A program made the translations under genes and the position numbers. 32,000 bases of DNA from an uncultured Acidobacteriota bacterium (GTDB lineage: Bacteria > Acidobacteriota > Terriglobia > Terriglobales > Acidobacteriaceae), in contig CAWITE010000028.1 of NCBI GenBank assembly GCA_963838905.1, positions 148,865 through 180,864 on the forward strand, written 5' to 3'. Numbering within the stretch: position 1 is the first letter of the stretch; each line of letters begins with the position of its first letter. The notes beneath the pieces were generated by a model, which searched no databases, was not told the origin of the DNA, and saw only the letters and a list, made by a program, of their open reading frames with translations. This document shows positions 25,163 to 32,000 of this stretch, piece after piece.

Positions 25163-26617
25163 TTGTCTGCCGCTAAAGAAGCAGTCGCCACCAAAGAGAC
25201 CATTACCGCGAAGATGTCGCGCTGGGCAGCGACTCTCGAATACAAGCATGTCTCGCAGGATGCCGTGTATCAAGCCAAACGCTTCCTGCTGGATTCCATC
25301 GGCTGCGCCCTCGGCGGCTACCAACAACACGATGTAAAGATTGCACTCGAAGTACTCGATGAGATCGCGGGCAAAGGTGCGGCTACGGTAATTGGCACCG
25401 GCAAGCGCATCGATCCCGTCTCGGCCTCGCTCGCCAACGCCCTCATGATCCGCTGCATGGATTACAACGACATTTACTGGAAGCAGGATCCATCGCATCC
25501 TTCCGACATTTTTCCTGCGGCATTCGCGTGCTGCGAGCGCACCAAGAGCAACGGAAAGGAATTGATCGTCGGCCTGGTGCTGGGGCACGAATTTGAAATG
25601 CGTTTCTGCGAAGCCGCGTTCCCCGGAATCCGCGAGCGCGGCTGGCATCACGCAACCTTAACCGCCTTCGTCTCACCCTTCGTCGCCGGACGCGCTCTGC
25701 ATCTCCCGTGGGAACAGATTCAACATGCCGTAGGCATCTCGGCGAGCCGCCACGTCACGCTGGGAGCGGTAACTGCCGGCAAGCTCACCATGATGAAGAA
25801 CACGGTCGACCCAATGGCAATCCAGAGCGGCGTGCTCGCCGCGCTCATGGCGGAGAAGGGCTACACCGGACCCGAGCACGTAGTCGATGGAAAAGAAGGA
25901 TTGACGCACGTCTTTGGGCCGGAGTGGAAGCTGAATATTTTAACTGACGGACTCGGCGATTCGTGGCGCATCACGCAGTGCGGCATGAAGGCGTTTCCAA
26001 CCGAAGCGCTGACCCATACGCCAATTTCTGCGGTGCTCGACATCGTGAAATCGAATGACTTGAAACCGGATGAGGTGACCAAGATTCAGATCCGATCGCT
26101 GGCTCGCGCCGCCGACATTCTTTCCGATCCCAGCAAATATGATCCTCGGAGCAAAGAGACGGCCGATCATTCTCTGCCTTACGTAATCGCAGCGGCGCTG
26201 GCGGAGCGGAAGGTGACGCCGGTGCAGTTCACCATGGAAAAGATCATGGACCCGACTATTCGTGCCCAACTGCAGAAAGTCGAAGTCGTGGCCGATCCGG
26301 AAATCGAGAAAGTGTTTCCCGCAATGCAGCGGGTGATCGTAAACATCACGACCACCGACGGTCGCATGTTCACCAAGCAACTCGACTATCCCAAGGGCGA
26401 CCCGCGCAACCCACTTACCGATCAGGAAGTCGAAGAAAAATTCGCGGCACTGGCCGAAAGCGTATTGTCGCAGCGCGCCCAGCAAAAGCTGAAAGACGCC
26501 ATCTGGAACCTGGAGAGCATCGGCTCAGTAAGCAAGCTGATGGCGCTGATGAAAGCAGACGTGCGAGCGAAAAAGCTTGCCCCGCGCAAGCCGACGAGCA
26601 AGAAAAAGCGATTGTAG
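25163..26617 (+). CDS. MmgE/PrpD-family protein (2-methylcitrate dehydratase-like)
   Basis: AKRFLLDSIGCALGGY, the DYNDIY region, GWHHATL and full family length (484 aa). TTG 25163 follows AAGGAGA. The alternative start is ATG 25214. Confidence 0.87.
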   Translation: MSAAKEAVATKETITAKMSRWAATLEYKHVSQDAVYQAKRFLLDSIGCALGGYQQHDVKIALEVLDEIAGKGAATVIGTGKRIDPVSASLANALMIRCMDYNDIYWKQDPSHPSDIFPAAFACCERTKSNGKELIVGLVLGHEFEMRFCEAAFPGIRERGWHHATLTAFVSPFVAGRALHLPWEQIQHAVGISASRHVTLGAVTAGKLTMMKNTVDPMAIQSGVLAALMAEKGYTGPEHVVDGKEGLTHVFGPEWKLNILTDGLGDSWRITQCGMKAFPTEALTHTPISAVLDIVKSNDLKPDEVTKIQIRSLARAADILSDPSKYDPRSKETADHSLPYVIAAALAERKVTPVQFTMEKIMDPTIRAQLQKVEVVADPEIEKVFPAMQRVIVNITTTDGRMFTKQLDYPKGDPRNPLTDQEVEEKFAALAESVLSQRAQQKLKDAIWNLESIGSVSKLMALMKADVRAKKLAPRKPTSKKKRL

Positions 26618-26673
26618 AAACGTTACTTGCAACGTTTGTTAAGTTTGTCATTCCGAGCGAAGCGAGGAATCTG
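26613..26673. repeat. Family C hairpin (tgtagaaacgttacttgcaacgtttg) plus a family A unit
   Basis: The 7-bp stem aaacgtt/aacgttt spans 26618..26637 and overlaps the prpD-like stop codon. gtcattccgagcgaagcgaggaatctg at 26647..26673 is identical to 25055..25081. Confidence 0.75.
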
Positions 26674-26734
26674 CATTTTGTTAATGGATGACGGGCCTCT
26701 CGCCCGGCCTCCACAGAAAAGCCGGGAGTAATTC

Positions 26735-28678
26735 ATGCCCCAGACCATCGTTGAAAAAATCGCGCAAGCCCACCTCGCTGAAGGCCCCAATCGCCCGCTG
26801 CGGACTGGCGACTTCCTCTCCATTCGCCCGCACCACGTGATGACTCACGACAACACCTCAGCAGTGATGAGCAAGTTCAAAGGCATCGGCGCGAAAAAGA
26901 TTCACGATCCCAAGCAACTCGTCTTCGCTCTCGACCACGACATCCAAAATAAAGACGAAGCCAACCAAAAAAAATATCGGGCTATCGAGGCATTCGCCAA
27001 GGAACACGGTGTCGACTTTTACCCCGCGGGCTCAGGCATCGGCCATCAAATCATGGTGGAGCGCGGATACGTCGTCCCCGGCTCATTCGTGGTCGCCTCC
27101 GACTCGCACTCGAACATGTACGGCGCGCTGGGAGCGATCGGGACGCCCATCGTGCGCACCGACGCCGCCGCAGTCTGGGCCACGGGAGAATTCTGGTGGC
27201 AGATTCCACGTTCGGTCGAGGTCGTGCTCGAAGGCAAATTACCCGACGGCGCGACCGGCAAAGACATAATCATTACCTTGTGCGGCCTCTACAACCACGA
27301 TGAGGTTTTAAACGCCGCCGTCGAATTCAGCGGCCCCGGGGTTGCCGGTCTCTCCATGGGCGCGCGCCTTTCCATCTCCAACATGACCACCGAGTGGGGG
27401 CCACTCGTGGGCTGGTTTCCGGTGGATGAAGTAACGATCAAATATCTAAAGAATGTACATGTGCGGCTGAAGGCCACGGGTGTGGAACGGTTTTCGGAGA
27501 AAGACATCGAGAGTTGGACAAAGAATTCGCCACGACCCGATGCCGATGCAGTCTACGCGGCTCGGATCGTGCTTAATCTCGGACAGGTGACGCCACACGT
27601 ATCGGGTCCCGATACAGTGCAGACCATGGCTTCTCTCGCCGAGATGGAAAAGAAAAGGGTCGCGATCCAGAAAGCTTACTTGCTCTCTTGCGTGAACTCG
27701 CGCGTCGAAGATCTCGAAGCTGCGGCGAAGGTTTTGAAAGGCAAGAACGTCGCGGCGGGCGTGCAATTCTATCTTGGAGCGGCCAGCAAGTGGGTACAGG
27801 AAGAAGCCGAAAAGCGCGGCATCTGGCAAACGTTGCTTGATGCCGGAGCGAATCCCCTCCCCGCCGGTTGTGGCCCGTGCATCGGTCTGGGAGTAGGACT
27901 GCTCGAGCCCGGCGAAGTCGGAATCTCTGCCACCAATCGCAATTTCAAAGGCCGCATGGGATCGCGCGATGCCAAGTGTTACCTGGCGAGCCCCGAGGTA
28001 GTCGCCGCTTCTGCCGTAGCCGGCTACATTTGCGGACCGCATGAGATGACCGGCGGCGATCCGTCGCGCAGCTACACCGAATTTGCCGCAGGTACCGAAG
28101 CAGAGAAAGTCGACATTCTCCCCGGCTTCCCCGAGAGAGTCCATGGCCGCCTCGTTTTCCTGCCACAAGACAACGTGAACACCGATGCGATCTACGGAAA
28201 GGACTACACTTACCGCGATGATGTCCCGAAAGAATTGATGGCGAAGGTCGTAATGGAAAACTACGATCCGCAGTTCGCGTCTCGCACTCGCGCCGGCGAC
28301 GTGGTCGTCAGCGGATTCAACTTCGGAACGGGGTCGAGCCGCGAGCAAGCTGTGACTTGCCTCAAAGCCAAAGGCATTCCGCTGGTGATTGCGGCCAGTT
28401 TTTCGCAGACCTATCTGCGCAACGCGTACAACAATGGCTTCCTCTGCGTCGAAGTACCGGACCTTGTGAAGCGCCTACGCGAGCAATTGGCCAACGAAAT
28501 CGCTGCGAAAGAAAAAACTATCATTCCGGGCGAAGAAATCGATATCGACTTCACCTCGGGAGTGATCCACTGGCGCGGCGAAAAGTTCGCGTTTCCCGCG
28601 CTAGGGAGCGTGCCACAGTCACTGGTCATCGCCGAGGGAGTGGAGAACCTGGTAGCGAAGCGCCTGGGCCTGAGCTGA
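26735..28678 (+). CDS. Aconitase-family hydro-lyase, fused large+small (swivel) domains; homoaconitase / short 'Aquifex-type' aconitase-like
   Basis: HVMTHDNT, SDSHSNMYGALGA, Fe-S ligands SCVNSR and GCGPCIG, ATNRNFKGRMG and the C-terminal swivel domain GFNFGTGSSREQA. The product is 647 aa. The RBS GGGAG precedes the ATG. Confidence 0.9.
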   Translation: MPQTIVEKIAQAHLAEGPNRPLRTGDFLSIRPHHVMTHDNTSAVMSKFKGIGAKKIHDPKQLVFALDHDIQNKDEANQKKYRAIEAFAKEHGVDFYPAGSGIGHQIMVERGYVVPGSFVVASDSHSNMYGALGAIGTPIVRTDAAAVWATGEFWWQIPRSVEVVLEGKLPDGATGKDIIITLCGLYNHDEVLNAAVEFSGPGVAGLSMGARLSISNMTTEWGPLVGWFPVDEVTIKYLKNVHVRLKATGVERFSEKDIESWTKNSPRPDADAVYAARIVLNLGQVTPHVSGPDTVQTMASLAEMEKKRVAIQKAYLLSCVNSRVEDLEAAAKVLKGKNVAAGVQFYLGAASKWVQEEAEKRGIWQTLLDAGANPLPAGCGPCIGLGVGLLEPGEVGISATNRNFKGRMGSRDAKCYLASPEVVAASAVAGYICGPHEMTGGDPSRSYTEFAAGTEAEKVDILPGFPERVHGRLVFLPQDNVNTDAIYGKDYTYRDDVPKELMAKVVMENYDPQFASRTRAGDVVVSGFNFGTGSSREQAVTCLKAKGIPLVIAASFSQTYLRNAYNNGFLCVEVPDLVKRLREQLANEIAAKEKTIIPGEEIDIDFTSGVIHWRGEKFAFPALGSVPQSLVIAEGVENLVAKRLGLS

Positions 28679-28691
28679 AGTCGAGACGGAC

Positions 28692-28720
28692 TGTAGAAAC
28701 GTTGCTTGCAACGTCTTTCA
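28692..28720. repeat. Family C hairpin (tgtagaaacgttgcttgcaacgtctttca)
   Basis: The 6-bp stem acgttg/caacgt has loop cttg. The sequence is nearly identical to 26613..26640. Confidence 0.65.
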
Positions 28721-28780
28721 GGCAGCCCCAAAAAACTCTCTGTGCCTCTGTGGTGAAAAGTTCTTAGGAGAATCGCATTC

Positions 28781-29965
28781 ATGGCAAAACATACGGTAGT
28801 AACAATGCCCGGCGACGGAATCGGAAACCAAGTACTGCCCGAGGCATTGCGGGTATTGAAAGCTGTCGGCTCCGACACCGACTACGTCCACGCCGACATC
28901 GGCTGGGAGTGCTGGAGAAATGAAGGCAACGCACTTCCTCAACGGACGATTGATCTTCTGTCCGAACACAAGCTGGGTCTTTTCGGAGCCATTACTTCAA
29001 AACCAAACAAAGAAGCACAAGCGGAACTCAAGCCCGAATTGCAAGGCAAGGGTCTGGTGTACTACAGCCCGATCGTGACCATGCGCCAGAAGTTCAGCCT
29101 CGATGTCTGCATGCGCCCTTGCATTGGGTTCACCGGCAATCCTCTGAACTACATTCGCAAGCGCGTGGACGACGACTACGACGAGCCGCAAATCGACACC
29201 ACGGTGTTTCGGCAAAATACAGAAGGCATGTACGCCGGGATCGAGTGGACCAACCCGCCTGAGATTGTGCGCGCCGCCCTCAACTCGCATCCCAAGTTCA
29301 AAGCCTTCGCCCAAGTGCCCGGTCCGGACATCGCAGTTAGCGTACGCATCATCACTCGGCCCGCCGCCCGCCGTATCGTCACCGCCGCCTTTGAGTATGC
29401 GAAAAAGCGCGGTTTCAAGGGCGTAACCATCTGCGAAAAGCCAAACGTAGTTCGCGAAACTTCGGGCATGATGGAAGAGACTGCCAAAGAAGTGGCCAAG
29501 AACTATCCGGGAATCGCTCTGTGGTCGACGAACATCGATGCGCAACTAATGTGGCTGAACAAAAATCCTGAAGACTACAGCGTGATCGTAGCCTCGAACC
29601 TGTTCGGCGATATCCTTTCCGACGCTTTCGCCGGACTGGTCGGCGGCCTGGGATTTGCCGCCTCCGGCAACATCGGAGATGAAGTCGCGGTATTCGAGCC
29701 CACCCACGGATCCGCGCCCAAGTATGCCGAACTGAATCCCCCAATCGTGAATCCAATCGCCATGATCCTCTCCGCCGTAATGATGCTTGAACACGTGGGC
29801 GAGAACAACAAAGCCGGGAGAATTAAGGACGCCATCTCCACTGTGTTGAAAGAAGGCAAAGTCCGAACCTACGACATGATGCGCATTCCGGGCGGGGCGA
29901 AGTCGATCAGCCAGGGCGCCGCCTCGACAATTCAAATGACCGACGCAATCCTGGCACAACTATAA
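28781..29965 (+). CDS. Isocitrate/isopropylmalate-family beta-decarboxylating dehydrogenase
   Basis: MPGDGIGNQV, RQKFSLDVCMRP, FRQNTEGMYAGIEW, NLFGDILSDAFAGLVGGLGFAASGNIG and FEPTHGSAP. The RBS AGGAGA precedes the ATG. Confidence 0.9.
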   Translation: MAKHTVVTMPGDGIGNQVLPEALRVLKAVGSDTDYVHADIGWECWRNEGNALPQRTIDLLSEHKLGLFGAITSKPNKEAQAELKPELQGKGLVYYSPIVTMRQKFSLDVCMRPCIGFTGNPLNYIRKRVDDDYDEPQIDTTVFRQNTEGMYAGIEWTNPPEIVRAALNSHPKFKAFAQVPGPDIAVSVRIITRPAARRIVTAAFEYAKKRGFKGVTICEKPNVVRETSGMMEETAKEVAKNYPGIALWSTNIDAQLMWLNKNPEDYSVIVASNLFGDILSDAFAGLVGGLGFAASGNIGDEVAVFEPTHGSAPKYAELNPPIVNPIAMILSAVMMLEHVGENNKAGRIKDAISTVLKEGKVRTYDMMRIPGGAKSISQGAASTIQMTDAILAQL

Positions 29966-29974
29966 CTCACGTGA

Positions 29975-30014
29975 GGACAGCCGCCCCCGGCTGTCCGGCC
30001 GAGCGAAGCTCGGC
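29975..30014. repeat. Two adjacent perfect hairpins (family D-like)
   Basis: ggacagccg-cccc-cggctgtcc at 29975..29996 and gccgagc-gaa-gctcggc at 29998..30014, 15 nt before the next start codon. Confidence 0.8.
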
Positions 30015-30029
30015 TGCTTGAGACGTCGC

Positions 30030-31238
30030 ATGAATGACACGGAACTGAGAACAGCTCGCGTCGGCGAAGCCGGCCACCACGGCAAAGACGTGCGCTCCGA
30101 TTTGCACGTCGCCATTGCACCGCGTAACAGCAGCGGTCTGGAGATCACGCTCGAGTCCCGCGTTGGGCTCTACTATGGCAGCTCGATCCTGTGCCAGACA
30201 CGGCAGGTGCTCGAATCCCTCGGCGTAAAGCACGCGCGTATTTCAATTCACGATGACGGCGCGTTGCCGTTCGTCATCTCAGCGCGAATTGAAGCCGCGG
30301 CAAAACGCGCCGGCCTCGGTGGTGGCCAGAGAGCGTTGCCGGAGAAAATCACTCTCCAAGAACCGACGACTCGCGATCGCCTGCGGCGATCTCGGCTTTA
30401 TCTCCCCGGAAGCGAGCCCAAGTATTTCATCAACGCCGCATTGCACGGGCCCGACGCCATTATTTTGGATCTGGAAGACTCCGTTCACCAGGATGAAAAA
30501 GATGCCGCGCGAATCCTGGTGCGAAATACTCTGCGCGCCGTCGACTTCGGTAGCTGTGAGCGCATGGTGCGCATCAACCAGTTGCCGCTGGGGCTGGAAG
30601 ATCTGGCAGAGATTATTCCCGAAGCTCCCGACCTGGTGCTGATTCCGAAGGTGGAAAGGCACGATCAAGTCGGCGAAGCAGATCGCGTGATAAGTGAACT
30701 GAAAGTCAGCCATGGTATCGATCGCGCGATATGGCTGATGCCTATTCTGGAATCGGCTCGCGGAATCGAAAATGCATTCGCCATCGCGACGGTGAGTCCG
30801 AATATTGCCGCGCTGACCATCGGGCTCGAAGACTACACCGCAGACCTCGGCGTGGTGAAAACATTGGAAGGCCGCGAGTCGCAGTACGCACGGACTCGTG
30901 TGGTCAACGCGGCGAAAGCAGCCGGCATTCAGGCTATCGACTCCGTTTTTAGCGATGTCGGTGATGTTTCCGGTTTACTTCACTGGGGAGAACATTCTCG
31001 CGCCTTAGGATTCGAAGGCATGGGCTGTATTCATCCCTCGCAGATCCCCGTCATTCATCAAGCCTTTGCGCCGTCACCGGTAGAAGTCGAAAAGGCGCTG
31101 AAGATCGTCGCCGCCTTCGAAGATGCGCGGCAGCGCGGACTCAGCGTCGTGAGCCTCGGCTCGAAGATGATCGATCCACCTGTAGTCGAACGCGCCCGAA
31201 AGCTGGTGGCAAGGGCAAAGGCGATGGGCAAGGCCTAG
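30030..31238 (+). CDS. Fusion of citrate lyase acyl carrier protein (CitD-like) and citrate lyase beta / citryl-(ACP/CoA) lyase (CitE, HpcH/HpaI family)
   Basis: The N-terminal ~100 aa (DLHVAIAPRNSSGLEITLESRV...ISIHDDGALPFVISARIEAAAKRA) align with CitD. The rest (RRSRLYLPGSEPKYF...AIILDLEDSV...MPILESARGIENAFAIA...LTIGLEDYTADLG...GMGCIHPSQI) is CitE. The start is ATG 30030, with TTG 30018 as the alternative. Confidence 0.85.
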   Translation: MNDTELRTARVGEAGHHGKDVRSDLHVAIAPRNSSGLEITLESRVGLYYGSSILCQTRQVLESLGVKHARISIHDDGALPFVISARIEAAAKRAGLGGGQRALPEKITLQEPTTRDRLRRSRLYLPGSEPKYFINAALHGPDAIILDLEDSVHQDEKDAARILVRNTLRAVDFGSCERMVRINQLPLGLEDLAEIIPEAPDLVLIPKVERHDQVGEADRVISELKVSHGIDRAIWLMPILESARGIENAFAIATVSPNIAALTIGLEDYTADLGVVKTLEGRESQYARTRVVNAAKAAGIQAIDSVFSDVGDVSGLLHWGEHSRALGFEGMGCIHPSQIPVIHQAFAPSPVEVEKALKIVAAFEDARQRGLSVVSLGSKMIDPPVVERARKLVARAKAMGKA

Positions 31239-31253
31239 CAGATCTAATGTGGT

Positions 31254-31272
31254 GACGGGCGACTCGCCCGTC
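31254..31272. repeat. Perfect 8-bp stem/triloop hairpin (gacgggcg-act-cgcccgtc)
   Basis: Read directly from the sequence. It lies in the 77-nt spacer between citDE and citF. Confidence 0.7.
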
Positions 31273-31315
31273 CGCGCCGGGCGAAGCCCAGCGGTTAAGA
31301 CAGTAAAGGAATGGA

Positions 31316-32000
31316 ATGAGCGAACGCATCGAACTTGCCCAGAATGCCGCCGGACGCAGCGTGCCCACCATGGTTAACGGCAAGCCGCAGATTCCATTTC
31401 TGGGCGTGGCGCAGTATCAACCGCGCGGCCGAAAGGCTGCCCCACCCATCTGTTCCAGCAAAGATTATCCTGAGAACGGCGACAAACGCGTGGCCAACCT
31501 TGAAACCGCTCTGCGCAATTGCGGCTTGCGTAACGGCATGGTGATTTCGAATCACCATCACCTGCGCGACGGAGACCGCGTCGCGCTGATGGCACTCGAA
31601 GCGGCGGCAAGAATCGGTGTCAAGGATCTGATGTGGTTTCCGAGCGCCTCGTTCCCCTCGCAGAAATCTGCGATCGAGCTTATGCAATCCGGCGTCATCC
31701 ATCGCATCGAAGGCAGCATGAATGGCCCGCTGGGCGACTACTGCACCCAGGGAAAGATGCGGGGCATGGGCGTGTTGCGCTCCCATGGCGGGCGTTGGCA
31801 GTCTATTCAAGATGGCGAAGTGCACATTGACGTCGCGGTGATTGCCGGGCCTGCCGCTGATGCCTTTGGCAATGCTGACGGATCGCATGGGAAATCGGCT
31901 TGCGGCTCGCTGGGCTTCGCCCTCGCTGATTCGATGTACGCTGATCGCGTCATCGTCGTCACCGACAATCTGGTTCCCTTCCCCTGCATTCCCTGGCAGA
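31316..32000 (+). CDS. citF: Citrate lyase alpha subunit / citrate CoA-transferase (CitF-like), 5' part; continues beyond the window
   Basis: My own translation from ATG 31316, which follows AAAGGA: MSERIELAQNAAGRSVPTMVNGKPQIPFLG...GRKAAPPICSSKDYPENGDKRVANLETALRNCGLRNGMVISNHHHLRDGD...VLRSHGGRWQSIQDGEVHIDVAVIAGPAADAFGNADGSHGKSACGSLGFALADSMYADRVIVVTDNLVPFP. This is collinear with the CitF sequence I recall. It is absent from the ORF track because it has no stop in the window. Confidence 0.87.
   Translation, partial: MSERIELAQNAAGRSVPTMVNGKPQIPFLGVAQYQPRGRKAAPPICSSKDYPENGDKRVANLETALRNCGLRNGMVISNHHHLRDGDRVALMALEAAARIGVKDLMWFPSASFPSQKSAIELMQSGVIHRIEGSMNGPLGDYCTQGKMRGMGVLRSHGGRWQSIQDGEVHIDVAVIAGPAADAFGNADGSHGKSACGSLGFALADSMYADRVIVVTDNLVPFPCIPWQ

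Overview
High-GC bacterial chromosomal window. The carboxypeptidase-regulatory-domain TonB receptor and the many REP-like palindromes suggest Acidobacteriota, but that is inference only. About 28 protein genes are supported. Most are housekeeping: trpG/pabA 5' end, PilZ, an AMIN-domain protein, a TonB-C protein, YtxH, efp, amidohydrolase plus acylphosphatase, apt, an IHF/HU protein, sppA, a YegS-type lipid kinase, rpiA, a class-V aminotransferase, hom, an F420/PPOX protein, a DUF62 SAM hydrolase-like protein, a large TonB-dependent receptor, a frameshifted PNP and an ADA2-like deaminase. There is one IS element (about 7881..9986) whose DDE transposase is translationally coupled to a small AbrB-like ORF. 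Three things deserve a second look. (1) A co-directional five-gene tricarboxylate module at 25163..>32000: PrpD-family dehydratase, fused aconitase/homoaconitase-type hydratase, isocitrate/isopropylmalate-family dehydrogenase, a CitD-CitE fusion and CitF. I cannot map this combination onto a described pathway. (2) An 850-bp gene-free gap (22824..23674) holds a candidate structured RNA, with a 12-bp long-range helix, a GCAA-capped hairpin and a duplicated 40-nt module. (3) At least seven palindromic repeat families occupy almost every intergenic spacer, including every spacer inside the tricarboxylate module. Two reading-frame anomalies are also flagged: a C6 tract that fuses amidohydrolase to acylphosphatase, and a PNP frameshift. 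No rRNA, tRNA or CRISPR array was seen.
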